DNA from: an uncultured Mageeibacillus sp.
GTDB taxonomy: Bacteria; Bacillota; Clostridia; Saccharofermentanales; DTU023
NCBI GenBank assembly: GCA_964346175.1
Contig: CAYFTG010000002.1
Coordinates: 735-64,734 of the forward strand
DNA length: 64,000 bases
Direction: 5' to 3'
In this document: positions 18,440 to 31,672 of the stretch, in pieces
Numbering within the stretch: the first letter of the stretch is position 1
Layout: each line of letters starts with the position of its first letter
Notes under the pieces: generated by a model
What the model was told of the DNA's origin: nothing
Databases searched by the model: none
What the model saw: only the letters and a program-made list of their open reading frames with translations
Program-made: the position numbers and the translations under genes

Positions 18440-20071
18440 ATGAAGGATGCACCAATTTATATTTTTGGACACAAGAATCCCGATACAGACTCAATTTGTT
18501 CGGCCATCGCTTATGCTGAGTTAAAAAAAGCACAGGGACATAGAGCCAAACCGATCCGCCTGGGCAAGATTAACAAGGAAACGGAATTTGTACTCGATTA
18601 CTTCAATGTCGCTGCTCCCGATTATCTCCCTACTATCAGAACTCAGATTTCCGACTTGAATATTGATAAAGTCGAACACCTGAGTCCCCTATTATCCTTG
18701 CGGACAGCTTGGGAAAAAACTAAAAGCACTAATATCAAGGTAGCTGCTGTAGTGGATGAAGAGGATAAACTCTTAGGCATCGTGACGCTCTCCGACATCA
18801 CTAGCCGTTTCATGGATATCCAAGGCAATGTCGAAGCACTTAAAGCCACTCCCTTGAAAAATATCTTAAAAACTCTGAGTGCCTATCTTTTAGCGGGCTC
18901 TGAGGAACAGTTCAAACCCAGTGGAAACGCTCTTATCGCCGCCATGACTCCTGACGGAATGGCCCCTTTCGTAGAAAAGAATGATATCGTGCTGGTTGGA
19001 AACCGCAGGGATAGCCAACTTAAGTCCATTGCGGAAGGAGCTAACTGCCTGATTGTCACCTGCGACGGACATGTTTATGAAGATGTAATTAAAAAGGCGG
19101 AAAAGCATGGCTGCATCATTATGAGAACGATGCATGATACCTATACGGCCGCCCTCTTGCTTAATCAGAGCATACCGGTCGAATTTGTGATGGCCAAGGA
19201 TAGCCTAGCCGCCTTCCAAATCAACGACTATATTGACGAGATCAAGGAAGAAATGCTTCAGTCCAGACACAGAGCATACCCGGTCGTAGACAGCAACAAT
19301 GTCGTTCAAGGCTTCGTCACCCGCTACCATCTGATCAGCCAAAACAACAAAAGAGTCATTCTCGTCGACCACAACGAAATCTCTCAATCCATCGACGGCT
19401 TGGAACAAGCACAAATCTTGGAAATAATCGATCATCACCGCATTGGCGGCATCATGACCGGCTCGCCCATCTACTTCAAGAATGAAGCGGTGGGTAGCAC
19501 CGCCACCATAATTTCGGGATTATATCGGGACTTTAAGATAAGACCTTCAGCTAATATTGCAGGCATTTTGTGCGCTGCCATTATTTCCGACACGATGTAT
19601 TTTAAGTCGCCGACCAGCACCGGCAAAGACAAATACATGGCTGAGAAGATGGCAGAAGTGGCCGGCTTGGATCTTGACGAATTTTCTAAAAAAATGCTCG
19701 ACAGCTCATCCTCAATAATCAGCATGAGCCCTAAAGAAATTCTCAATTATGATTTCAAGGAATTCTTCCTCAATCGGCACAAGGTCGGTATCGGGCAAAT
19801 CACTTCCAGCAATATGGAGGAACTGGACCTTATCAGAGAAGACCTTCTCGCCTATCTCGAGGAAACTCTAGAGGCCAAAGAATATCAGGTCTTAATGATC
19901 ATCGTGTCCGACCCGGCGCGTGAAGGTTCAGAGATCTTATTTGCAGAGAAAGAAAGCGGCACCGTCAACAGAGCATTTAACACCGGCACTACTAATAACA
20001 GCATGTTCCTCAAGGGAGTTGTCTCAAGAAAGAAACAGATTGTTCCTTTCTTGAACTCAGTCCTGAAATAG
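18440..20071 (+). CDS. ppaC: CBS-domain-containing family II (DHH) inorganic pyrophosphatase
   Basis: About 543 aa. DHH N-terminus YIFGHKNPDTDSICSAIAYA with an inserted CBS pair and a DRTGG-like segment (CLIVTCDGH). Then LVDHNE, IIDHHRIG and the DHHA2 C-terminal domain. The start could be TTG 18434 or ATG 18440. Confidence 0.85.
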   Translation: MKDAPIYIFGHKNPDTDSICSAIAYAELKKAQGHRAKPIRLGKINKETEFVLDYFNVAAPDYLPTIRTQISDLNIDKVEHLSPLLSLRTAWEKTKSTNIKVAAVVDEEDKLLGIVTLSDITSRFMDIQGNVEALKATPLKNILKTLSAYLLAGSEEQFKPSGNALIAAMTPDGMAPFVEKNDIVLVGNRRDSQLKSIAEGANCLIVTCDGHVYEDVIKKAEKHGCIIMRTMHDTYTAALLLNQSIPVEFVMAKDSLAAFQINDYIDEIKEEMLQSRHRAYPVVDSNNVVQGFVTRYHLISQNNKRVILVDHNEISQSIDGLEQAQILEIIDHHRIGGIMTGSPIYFKNEAVGSTATIISGLYRDFKIRPSANIAGILCAAIISDTMYFKSPTSTGKDKYMAEKMAEVAGLDLDEFSKKMLDSSSSIISMSPKEILNYDFKEFFLNRHKVGIGQITSSNMEELDLIREDLLAYLEETLEAKEYQVLMIIVSDPAREGSEILFAEKESGTVNRAFNTGTTNNSMFLKGVVSRKKQIVPFLNSVLK

Positions 20072-20073
20072 AA

Positions 20074-21387
20074 TCAGCTGCCAAACTCTACTTCCACGGT
20101 TGCCGGCAGCAAGCTAGCTCCGCCCAGTTCCAGCCACTGGGCCTCTGAACCGGCGAAGCGGACTACCTCCAACTTGTCGCTGGAGCGGAAAGCGTTTGCG
20201 TCAATCTCGATCACGGATGCGGGAATTTCAATAGAAAGTAAAGAGTTGCAGCGCGCAAAAGCAGAGCTGCCAATTTTGCTGACCTGTTCCGGAATTGTGA
20301 CGCTTGTCAAAGAAATGCAATCGGCAAAAGCTGAATCTCCAATTATTTCTAAAGAATCCGGAAGATCGATATACTCCAGCTTATGGCTTTTTCTGAAAGC
20401 ACTACTGCTGATTTCAATTAAGGAACCGGGCAATTCAACAGTCTCTAGAGCAAAGCAGTCCGCAAACATCCAGTCTTCGATTTTTTGAATAGAATTTGAA
20501 AAGCTGACGCTCTTCAGATTTGAGCAGCCGGAAAACGCCCTTCTGCCGATTTTGCTCACAGAATCAGCCATCTTTACGCTCTCAAGATTGGCAGAATTTG
20601 CGAAGGCATACAGGCCAATCTCGCTAATAGAGCTTGGGATTTCTATCGAAATCAGCGAGTGACAGTTGGAGTAGGTCCAATCCTCAATAACACTGACATT
20701 CTCGGAATGAGAGATATCGCTTAAGGAGAAACAGCCGTAAAAGGCTCCCTTACCTATAGAAGTAACTGAATCAGGAATGTCGATGGAACCCAGCGCATAA
20801 CTGTACTTGAAAGCGTATTCCCCGATGGATTTAATAGAATCGGGCAACTCAATTGTCTCCAGTAACGGCAAACCCGAGAAGGCATAGTTACCGATTTCAG
20901 TGACAGAATCAGGAATTTCCACACTTTCCAAGAGAGGCAGATCTGCGAAAGCATAGCGATCAATAATCGTTACCGAATCCGGGACAGTGACGCGTTCCAG
21001 ATACTTAAAAAAGAAATCTTCCACTTTGTCTCTGTCACTCATCAGTCTGACTCTACAAATGTCTCTCAGTGCTACCACATTGTAGCCGTCAACAGTATCC
21101 GGAATGCTCCAACTGGCATCCCAATTATCATAATCAAAATCTTCCGGAGGCTGATACTCCGTCAGAATAATATTATTGTTGCCCAATTTATCGTAGACAT
21201 AGCCGAGTGGCTGTTCGGAGGAAACATTTTCGATTCCCGGATCAGCTCTTTTTTCCAGCCATGGTTCTATAACAAAAGGTTTCAGCACGATTCCGACAGC
21301 TACTAAAATAGGTATAGCTGCGAGTATACTGCCAATTTTGAGCCAGTTTTTGCGTCTTACCGGCCTTTTTCTCTTGCCTTTACTCAT
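20074..21387 (-). CDS. membrane-anchored leucine-rich-repeat protein (BspA-type LRR_5 repeats)
   Basis: 437 aa. Basic N-terminus plus one TM helix (WLKIGSILAAIPILVAVGIVL). This is followed by roughly 12 tandem units of about 23 aa with the pattern IPDSVTxIGxxAFxxCxxLxSI. Confidence 0.8.
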   Translation of the reverse strand: MSKGKRKRPVRRKNWLKIGSILAAIPILVAVGIVLKPFVIEPWLEKRADPGIENVSSEQPLGYVYDKLGNNNIILTEYQPPEDFDYDNWDASWSIPDTVDGYNVVALRDICRVRLMSDRDKVEDFFFKYLERVTVPDSVTIIDRYAFADLPLLESVEIPDSVTEIGNYAFSGLPLLETIELPDSIKSIGEYAFKYSYALGSIDIPDSVTSIGKGAFYGCFSLSDISHSENVSVIEDWTYSNCHSLISIEIPSSISEIGLYAFANSANLESVKMADSVSKIGRRAFSGCSNLKSVSFSNSIQKIEDWMFADCFALETVELPGSLIEISSSAFRKSHKLEYIDLPDSLEIIGDSAFADCISLTSVTIPEQVSKIGSSAFARCNSLLSIEIPASVIEIDANAFRSSDKLEVVRFAGSEAQWLELGGASLLPATVEVEFGS

Positions 21388-21424
21388 TATTCCCCCCTGA
21401 TTAAATGCAAGTTGTCCTCGAGAT

Positions 21425-21464
21425 GGAAAGAAAGGACGAGGCCATTATTCAACAGCGTCGTCCT
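21425..21464 (-). terminator. terminator downstream of tRNA-Gln
   Basis: On the minus strand, AGGACGA pairs with TCGTCCT and is followed by TTCTTTCC. Confidence 0.55.
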
Positions 21465-21469
21465 CCGTT

Positions 21470-21543
21470 TGGCTGCCGATTCAGGATTTGAACCCGAACA
21501 TACTGAGTCAGAGTCAGGTGTGCTACCGTTACACTAATCGGCA
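21470..21543 (-). tRNA. tRNA-Gln (anticodon CUG)
   Basis: The 74-nt reverse complement folds as a cloverleaf. Acceptor stem TGCCGAT/ATCGGCA with U1:A72, D stem GTGT/GCAC, anticodon loop CU-CUG-AC, T arm TCGGG-TTCAAAT-CCTGA, and an encoded G-CCA 3' end. There is one C:U mismatch at the top of the anticodon stem. Confidence 0.85.
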
Positions 21544-21592
21544 ATATTGACTTACCTTGAGAATGTTAGCATATAGCGCTTTTTACTGCAAG

Positions 21593-22882
21593 TTAATTGC
21601 GGGCCAAAAGGCTGCGAGCTACATTTTTTCCGGCCACATAAGCAGATGAAAAAGCCCAGCGCAGATTATAGCCTCCGGTGTCGCCGTTGACATCCAAGAT
21701 TTCGCCAACAAAGTACAGTGAAGGACATATTTTTGACTCTAAACTTTCGGGATTAAGCTCGGAAGTCTTGATACCTCCGGCAGTCACTTGCGCAAATTCG
21801 AAGCCACGCGTGCCCCGAACCGGGCGCTTAATTTCCTTCAAGACTTTGGCCAAGTATTTGGCGCCGCTTTCCGACTTTTCTATTTTGTCGTCCGCCTTTA
21901 AATCCCGCAAGAAGATAATCAGCAGATTTAGCGGCAAAAGACCAAGCAGCAAAGCTTCCCAGTCGTACCCGGGATGTAGCTCTATTTGTCGCAAAATGAA
22001 CTTGCTCAATTCTTCCTCGGAGAAGTCCGGGAACAGGTCGAAAATCAGATCACCTTTTATCTCGGAGCGATCCTTTGCCACAGCTTCCGACAGTTCCATG
22101 GCTGCGATGCCGGAGACGCCGTAATCCGTAAATAGAAACTCACCTTCGCTGTGAGATGAAGGCTGTCCGGAACGGCTGCTGTAGTATGCACTAGCGCGAA
22201 CACGTTGGCCTGAAGCGCGCTTCCACGCTCCTACATCGTTCAATTCAAGCGGCACCAGAGCGGGTAGCAACTCGGTGCAACTGTGACCCAGTGACTCGGC
22301 CAGAAAGTAGCCGGAATCGTGACCGCTGAGCTGGGGCTGGCTTTTGCCCCCGCCTGCGATGATGACTCGTCTAGCTCTGACCTGACCTTTCTTGCCCTTG
22401 CTAGCACCGGTGTGGCTTCTGAAACTTAGAATAAAACTGTTCCCTTCAGTGCTCGTGTCGGGCCTAATTTCATAAACTTCTAACCCACAGTCGATTCTGA
22501 CCGACCTCGCAGTGAGAGCATTCAGCAAGGCGTTATGAACCGTGTCGGAACGCATAGTTCGAGGATAAAGTCTGCCTGCTTCATCCTCCAGCAAAGGCAC
22601 GCCTAAATCTAAGAATATGCGACGATAATCTTCTTCGGGCACGAGCGCAAAGACAGGTAAAACGAAATTCGGATCTTGTCCGCGATAGTGTCCTGCTAGA
22701 GGGCCGCTGTGACCCAAATTGCAGCGACCGTTGCCCGCTGCCAGCAACTTGCGTCCGGTCTTTTCCCGGCGCTCAAAGAGGCGCACAGACAGTCCTGAGC
22801 CTTCCCTAGAATTAATTGCAGACCAGGCTGCCATTAAACCGGCAGCACCTGCTCCAACGATTGCAAGATCTACTTTTTCCAT
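21593..22882 (-). CDS. BaiN/RdsA (HI0933-like) family NAD(P)/FAD-dependent oxidoreductase
   Basis: 429 aa. N-terminal FAD fold VDLAIVGAGAAGLMAA, the GNGRCNL motif, and a C-terminal GGYNLRWAFSSAYVAG, characteristic of this family. Confidence 0.8.
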   Translation of the reverse strand: MEKVDLAIVGAGAAGLMAAWSAINSREGSGLSVRLFERREKTGRKLLAAGNGRCNLGHSGPLAGHYRGQDPNFVLPVFALVPEEDYRRIFLDLGVPLLEDEAGRLYPRTMRSDTVHNALLNALTARSVRIDCGLEVYEIRPDTSTEGNSFILSFRSHTGASKGKKGQVRARRVIIAGGGKSQPQLSGHDSGYFLAESLGHSCTELLPALVPLELNDVGAWKRASGQRVRASAYYSSRSGQPSSHSEGEFLFTDYGVSGIAAMELSEAVAKDRSEIKGDLIFDLFPDFSEEELSKFILRQIELHPGYDWEALLLGLLPLNLLIIFLRDLKADDKIEKSESGAKYLAKVLKEIKRPVRGTRGFEFAQVTAGGIKTSELNPESLESKICPSLYFVGEILDVNGDTGGYNLRWAFSSAYVAGKNVARSLLARN

Positions 22883-22891
22883 CTTTTTACC

Positions 22892-24061
22892 TTAATCAAG
22901 AGAATACAAATATCCATCATCAGCTGTCAGGACGATTAAAGTGTTATTGTCCTGAGCGATCAAGTTAAGTACTTTTTCGGATAATTTACTTTCAGCAAGA
23001 AAACCTCCGCTGCCAAAATCATAGACGCGGATCAAATCGTCTTGGGCCAGGAAAATGCTTTCAGCTGAGTTAACCAACAGCAGCTCACCCTCCGTATTGT
23101 CGAAACTTTCTAAGGTTTCAAGTATGAAACCTTCCCGTGTCTCGCGCAAGAGTAGCAGGTCACTCCTTCCCTCTTCACTTACTAAGAGGGCTAAATTATT
23201 AGCTGACAAGGCCAGGTTCTCGATCCGGCTAAAAGATTCTTCGAAGATAAGCTCGCCTTGAGCCAGATCTAACAGGAGCAAAGTCTCATCGTTGTACAGA
23301 GCAACAATATCGCCGGAGAAAGAGGCAATCGCCACCAGAGGTTCGGAGACAGGTAAGATCATCTCTGCCAGCTTTTCACCCCTCTCACTATATCTTTGCA
23401 CAACGGTCCGAGTCTGAGCCTGATTCACATTCAACAAGCAGATGTCAAAGGCATGACCGTCCGCATGAAAGGACATATCCAGCGGATAGCCGGATTCATT
23501 AAAGCTCAGCGTCAAAAGGGCTTGTGACTGCCCCTTTTCGTATAGATTGACCTCACCCAAGCTGTCCGTAGCTTTGTGCAAAAGCAAGACTCTTTCTTGC
23601 GAGGCAGCAATGTTCTCAACTAAGGAGCCGGTCTCAAAGACAATCGATTCGCTCTGAGGGCGAAACATAAGCAAACTCGCGGATTGATTCGACCTGACAA
23701 ATAGATTGCCGCCCGCGCTGAAGAGCTCAGCTTCCCGGAAAGGAAGCTCATAAGCCTGCTGTACTTGGCCCAAAACATCGCTGAAGATGACGGAACCTTC
23801 TTCTATCCGCGCCAAATAGGTGCCCATGCCCAGATAGGACTTAGGATCGGTGCTCATCAGATCAAAGCTACTCCTACGGTTCAGTCCCCGACTTTGCTCT
23901 TCCGGGCTTGTGTCTTGCAGAGGCAGGCGCATGACGAAGGCTAAGGTCAGTAGTAGCAAAAACCAGGCTAACGCATACCAAATTACAAACGGATTTCTCT
24001 CCACTGCTTGCTCAGTAGTTTTTGCTTCAACAAACTCAGGCATCCTTTTTCTCTTCCTCAA
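22892..24061 (-). CDS. hypothetical membrane-anchored protein (single N-terminal TM, repetitive beta-rich ectodomain)
   Basis: 389 aa. TM helix FVIWYALAWFLLLLTLAFV. The remainder has no catalytic motif I recognise, but it shows recurring hydrophobic-D/E-G/N beta-strand periodicity compatible with a propeller-like fold. Overlaps the upstream gene by 26 nt. Confidence 0.5.
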   Translation of the reverse strand: MRKRKRMPEFVEAKTTEQAVERNPFVIWYALAWFLLLLTLAFVMRLPLQDTSPEEQSRGLNRRSSFDLMSTDPKSYLGMGTYLARIEEGSVIFSDVLGQVQQAYELPFREAELFSAGGNLFVRSNQSASLLMFRPQSESIVFETGSLVENIAASQERVLLLHKATDSLGEVNLYEKGQSQALLTLSFNESGYPLDMSFHADGHAFDICLLNVNQAQTRTVVQRYSERGEKLAEMILPVSEPLVAIASFSGDIVALYNDETLLLLDLAQGELIFEESFSRIENLALSANNLALLVSEEGRSDLLLLRETREGFILETLESFDNTEGELLLVNSAESIFLAQDDLIRVYDFGSGGFLAESKLSEKVLNLIAQDNNTLIVLTADDGYLYSLD

Positions 24062-24623
24062 ATTCTTTCTCTTCTTCCTGAGGCACCATAGGTAAGATTC
24101 GATTTATTAACAATGCCACAATAACACCAATCAGAGTATCGAGAAAGCGCGAAACGGCCGCTTGAAAGGGAGACATATCCAAAATCGGGCCGATGGCGAT
24201 AGCCAGTAAGACAATGGAACCGAGGATTGCTCCCTCGGATCTGAGAAAGGAGACGCTGATCCAAATAACCAAAAGCACAAAAAGTGAGAGCAGCAGATTG
24301 TACGGCAGGGTATTATATTCTAAATGACTTACTTCTTTTAACTGCAGGATTATCAAACCGAAAATTGCACCGACAAAAGTAGATTGTAATCGGATGAAGG
24401 CCGCCAAATAGCTATCTTTGATGCTGCTCTTAGTCGCAATGATGGTAGCGATCGACGCTGTCAGAACGTTAGATGTTTCCGGCATGATCAGATAAAGCAT
24501 CAGACAAATAAAAACCGCCAAGGTGGTCTTGATAATACGAAGACCCGGAAAGCGTAGCGGTTCGTTCCTGTGGTCAGACAAGGATGAGCTTAAATTTTTG
24601 AAAAACTCACGAATCATAATCAC
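24036..24623 (-). CDS. small FUSC/aromatic-acid-exporter-like integral membrane protein
   Basis: 195 aa. The N-terminal signature LRIIKTTLAVFICLMLY is followed by 4-5 hydrophobic helices and an acidic tail. This is about half the length of typical family members. Confidence 0.5.
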   Translation of the reverse strand: MIMIREFFKNLSSSLSDHRNEPLRFPGLRIIKTTLAVFICLMLYLIMPETSNVLTASIATIIATKSSIKDSYLAAFIRLQSTFVGAIFGLIILQLKEVSHLEYNTLPYNLLLSLFVLLVIWISVSFLRSEGAILGSIVLLAIAIGPILDMSPFQAAVSRFLDTLIGVIVALLINRILPMVPQEEEKEFEEEKKDA

Positions 24624-24676
24624 TCCCTAAACCATGTTACCCACATTTTAGCAAATAGGCTAAGGTAAAACATCTG

Positions 24677-24719
24677 CAAAAGAAACTCCCCCGTGGACTT
24701 AGGAGAATTCCCGGGGGAG
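24677..24719 (-). terminator. rho-independent terminator after groEL
   Basis: On the minus strand, CTCCCCCG pairs with CGGGGGAG (8 bp) and is followed by TTTCTTTT. Confidence 0.75.
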
Positions 24720-24758
24720 CAAATTCAAATAGCGGTAAAATGCTATTTATTTAACTTC

Positions 24759-26408
<1,650 letters not shown>

Positions 26409-26418
26409 TCAAACAAGA

Positions 26419-26703
26419 TTACTCGACGATTGCTAAAATATCGCCCTGTCTCAAAATTGTGAATTCCTCATCATCAATTTTGATTTCTGTACCGGCATAC
26501 TTACTGATTAAGACGTGATCGCCGATTTCTACTTCCATAATGACATCCTTGCCGTCAACCATGCCACCCGGTCCTACTGCAATAATCTCTGCAACCTGTG
26601 GTTTTTCCTTTGCAGACGAGGGCAGTACGATCCCCCCCTTAGTGGTTTCTTCGGTTTCGAGCATACGGATCACAACGCGGTCACCTAATGGTCTAATTTT
26701 CAT
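26419..26703 (-). CDS. groES: co-chaperonin GroES
   Basis: 94 aa. [12 protein letters not shown]...GGIVLP. Confidence 0.97.
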   Translation of the reverse strand: MKIRPLGDRVVIRMLETEETTKGGIVLPSSAKEKPQVAEIIAVGPGGMVDGKDVIMEVEIGDHVLISKYAGTEIKIDDEEFTILRQGDILAIVE

Positions 26704-26770
26704 AATGTACCTCCAAAATTTTTTCTAATATATAAACATATAAAATATGTATATAACTCTCTGCGTAAAC

Positions 26771-26797
26771 TTAGCACTCTAACACCTCGAGTGCTAA
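26771..26797 (-). promoter_or_regulatory. CIRCE operator (HrcA binding site) of groESL
   Basis: Perfect inverted repeat TTAGCACTC-N9-GAGTGCTAA, about 70 nt upstream of the groES start. Confidence 0.92.
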
Positions 26798-26807
26798 TTC
26801 CCTAATT

Positions 26808-26835
26808 AATATAACATGCAGATAAAGTTTGTCAA
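26808..26835 (-). promoter_or_regulatory. candidate groESL promoter
   Basis: On the minus strand: TTGACA, a 16-nt spacer, then TATATT, immediately upstream of CIRCE. Confidence 0.55.
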
Positions 26836-26846
26836 GCGAAAAAATA

Positions 26847-28806
<1,960 letters not shown>

Positions 28807-28824
28807 TTATACTCAAATGCTGTT

Positions 28825-29109
28825 CTATTGCTCTATTGGATAGACACTTGCTTTGGTTTTGTTGCGTCCTAAACGCTCAAAACGCACTGTTCCATCGATT
28901 AAAGCAAATAAAGTATCATCTTTTCCTTTGCCGACATTAAGTCCGGGATGGATCTTCGTGCCGCGCTGGCGGTAAATGATATTGCCGGCCAAACAGCTCT
29001 GACCATCACCCAGCTTCGCTCCCAAACGTTTTGATTTGGAATCGCGCCCGTTACGTGTGCTTCCCATTCCCTTTTTGTGGGCTAGAAGTTGTATATCTAC
29101 TCGAATCAT
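28825..29109 (-). CDS. rpmA: 50S ribosomal protein L27 with a cleavable N-terminal extension
   Basis: 94 aa. [24 protein letters not shown]: a 9-residue Firmicutes-type propeptide precedes the conserved (A)HKK motif. Confidence 0.95.
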   Translation of the reverse strand: MIRVDIQLLAHKKGMGSTRNGRDSKSKRLGAKLGDGQSCLAGNIIYRQRGTKIHPGLNVGKGKDDTLFALIDGTVRFERLGRNKTKASVYPIEQ

Positions 29110-29141
29110 TCTTGCTTCCTCCGTAATATCTTTAAAATCTC

Positions 29142-29477
29142 TCAGTGCTCATCTATACATTTAATGTAGTGAGAGCCGTAACTAGCCTCAAGTTGCATGC
29201 AACCAATCCGTACGCTTCCCATCAGACTCGCAATCTGTATCAGCTGCTTTTCGTCCTTACCGTCATAGCTTACTTGACAGCAAATGAGGCCATCTTCTGC
29301 CTGATAATCCGGATCGATCTGAGCTATGTCCTGCAAGCTACCGATCACAGTTTGTGCGATAGCGGATGCAGCAGCACAGATTATATTCTCACCCTTGATC
29401 GCTGTCCCCGCATGTCCTTCCAGACTGAAAGAAACTACACGATCATCTTGATCCAGTTTGAAGCGTGCTTCCAGCAA
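29142..29477 (-). CDS. prp: ribosomal-processing cysteine protease Prp
   Basis: 111 aa between rplU and rpmA. GHAG...ICAAASA motif (catalytic His/Cys). Confidence 0.85.
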   Translation of the reverse strand: MLEARFKLDQDDRVVSFSLEGHAGTAIKGENIICAAASAIAQTVIGSLQDIAQIDPDYQAEDGLICCQVSYDGKDEKQLIQIASLMGSVRIGCMQLEASYGSHYIKCIDEH

Positions 29478-29479
29478 AA

Positions 29480-29794
29480 CTAGCTCACAATCTCGCTGAT
29501 ACGAACTTTGGTGTAAGGCTGGCGGTGACCTTGCTTCCTACGATAGCCCTTCTTAGATTTATACTTGAAAACCGTAATTTTCTTGGAGCGGCCCTGTTTC
29601 ACTACTTCCGCCTTAACTGAAGCACCTTCCACCAGGGGATTGCCTGTTTTCAAGCTTTCTCCGTCATGGACTGCCAGAACCTCGTCAAAGACGATCTCGC
29701 CTTCAGCTTCAACATCCAATTTTTCAACGAAGATTTCGTCACCAACTGCTACGCGGTATTGTTTACCGCCTGTCTTAATAATTGCGTAATTCAT
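29480..29794 (-). CDS. rplU: 50S ribosomal protein L21
   Basis: 104 aa. [15 protein letters not shown]... Confidence 0.96.
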   Translation of the reverse strand: MNYAIIKTGGKQYRVAVGDEIFVEKLDVEAEGEIVFDEVLAVHDGESLKTGNPLVEGASVKAEVVKQGRSKKITVFKYKSKKGYRRKQGHRQPYTKVRISEIVS

Positions 29795-29902
29795 TGCGTT
29801 CCTCCTAAAAGTCTCGCCCGGCCTAGGTTGCTGGCAAGCAGCATTAATACCCCGCCAGTGCGGTCGCCGAATTATGATATAACACGCTGCTCAAACTGTC
29901 AA
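29795..29902 (-). promoter_or_regulatory. candidate promoter plus structured 5' leader of rplU-prp-rpmA (possible L21-leader-type element)
   Basis: On the minus strand: TTGACA (29902-29897), a 17-nt spacer, then TATCAT (29879-29874). An approximately 80-nt GC-rich leader follows, with small hairpins (CCGC/GCGG, TGCTG/CAGCA) before the AGGAGG RBS. Confidence 0.4.
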
Positions 29903-30038
29903 ATTTATTTGGGGCTTAGTGACAGAAGGTTACAGTAGTTTTTTCATTCTTCTGCAAGCAGGATAAGTGTACTATAATTAGATGAAAAAACACAGCGCTT
30001 TTCTTTGAATCAGCGGTTAGACAATATGGGAGCGAGGC

Positions 30039-31577
30039 ATGACAACACTATCTGAAGCAATGAGCGAAAAATCTATTTTTTCTCACATCACAGGTGAGGC
30101 TGAACCTGATTACACAAAATATGCATCCTTCGTATCTGAAGGCAATAGGATTTTCTTCGTCGGTATTGGCGGAATCAGTATGTGCGGTCTGGCAGAGTTG
30201 TCCGCCTGCTACGGTGCCACTTGTTTTGGCTCCGACCCCCATCCTAATCAGCGCACCGACTATTTGCAGAATGAATTAGGGATCAAGGTCTGGACTGAAC
30301 ATCGTGCAGCCAACATTGATGAGGTAAAGCCTGACCTGGTGGTTTTTTCCCGTGCCGTTTTTGACGACAATCCCGAGAGGCTACGAGCTGCAGAATTAGG
30401 TATCCCCTGCATTGAGAGGTCCATCTTCCTTGGCTCTCTCTTACGTCTTTACAAAAAGGTAATTAATATCAGCGGTACTAACGGCAAATCTACTGCTGTG
30501 GCCATGAGCGCCCTTATGATGATCGCAGCCGGACTCGATCCAACTGTACATCTGGGCGCTGAACTGATCAACTTTAAAACAACCGTCCGCGCAGGACGTG
30601 GTCAAGAATTAATGCTGTCTGAAGCCTGCGAGTTTCGTCGTGGTTTTTATAATTACAGAGGAGATATCAACATCATCCTCAATATGGTGCACGACCATAT
30701 CGACAGCTACAAGACCCCGGACGATATGGTGGACACCTTTGCGCGTTTCGCCGCCCTGCAGCCGGCGGGTTCTACTCTGATTTTGCCCACCTATGAACCT
30801 GCCTTGGATAGTTTTTTCCAAAAACTGGAAGAGCTAGTCCCCGGTCACAGTAAGGCCTTGCATCTCCTCTATTTTGGCCGCGAAGATCAGCTCACGCCGT
30901 TCGGCGGCAAGCCCGACTACGCCTACTGTAATCTCAAGTACGATGAGTATGGTAATCCTTCCTTTAAAGTACGTTGCCTGAATGAAGACTGGGGCGAGCT
31001 CGCTCTGAGGATTCCGGGTGAATTTAATGTCCAAAACGCTCTGGCCGCCATCGCTGTGTCGCACTTGGCAGGGGCAGATCGCGACAGCGTAGCTTCAGCA
31101 TTGCTGCAGTTTCAGGGTGCGGAAGGGCGCTTTACTCGTACAGGCTTCTACAACGGCGCACAAGTTATCATCGATTACGCCCACCATCCCTCGGCCATTG
31201 AAGTCACCATTGATGCTGCTAAACATATCCCGGCCAAGAAGCTCTGGATTTGCTTCCAACCCTTGACACACAGCAGGGTGCGCGGCTTTTTCAACGAATT
31301 CGTAGAAGCGCTGCGGCACGAAGATCTGATTATGATGTCGGAAATCTATGACGACCGTGAGCGCGACAGTTCGATCAGTTCAAAAGATATCGTCGATCGA
31401 ATCAACGAGCTGGGCGGTAACGCTGAGTATTATCCCACTAACGAAGCTCTAGAAGCCCATCTCAGGTCTATTCTCGAACCCGGTGACCTGCTTTTAATCA
31501 TGGGAGTAGACCTGCGCGACGTTGGCGACAACCTGACAGGTCGTCATGACCATATGGAAGAAGTTAAAAAGTTTTAA
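30039..31577 (+). CDS. murC: UDP-N-acetylmuramate--L-alanine ligase (Mur ligase family)
   Basis: 512 aa. N-terminal Rossmann motif FFVGIGGISMCGLAEL, ATP site ISGTNGKSTA, and the Mur ligase central and C-terminal domains (DYAHHPSAI). Confidence 0.75.
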   Translation: MTTLSEAMSEKSIFSHITGEAEPDYTKYASFVSEGNRIFFVGIGGISMCGLAELSACYGATCFGSDPHPNQRTDYLQNELGIKVWTEHRAANIDEVKPDLVVFSRAVFDDNPERLRAAELGIPCIERSIFLGSLLRLYKKVINISGTNGKSTAVAMSALMMIAAGLDPTVHLGAELINFKTTVRAGRGQELMLSEACEFRRGFYNYRGDINIILNMVHDHIDSYKTPDDMVDTFARFAALQPAGSTLILPTYEPALDSFFQKLEELVPGHSKALHLLYFGREDQLTPFGGKPDYAYCNLKYDEYGNPSFKVRCLNEDWGELALRIPGEFNVQNALAAIAVSHLAGADRDSVASALLQFQGAEGRFTRTGFYNGAQVIIDYAHHPSAIEVTIDAAKHIPAKKLWICFQPLTHSRVRGFFNEFVEALRHEDLIMMSEIYDDRERDSSISSKDIVDRINELGGNAEYYPTNEALEAHLRSILEPGDLLLIMGVDLRDVGDNLTGRHDHMEEVKKF

Positions 31578-31672
31578 GTTTTTTCTGCTTTTTTACTTCT
31601 ATTTTTGATAAACTTAAGGAAAATTAGCGCGGTAATGTAATATTTCGAATACCGCTAGCAAATGGAGACGAA

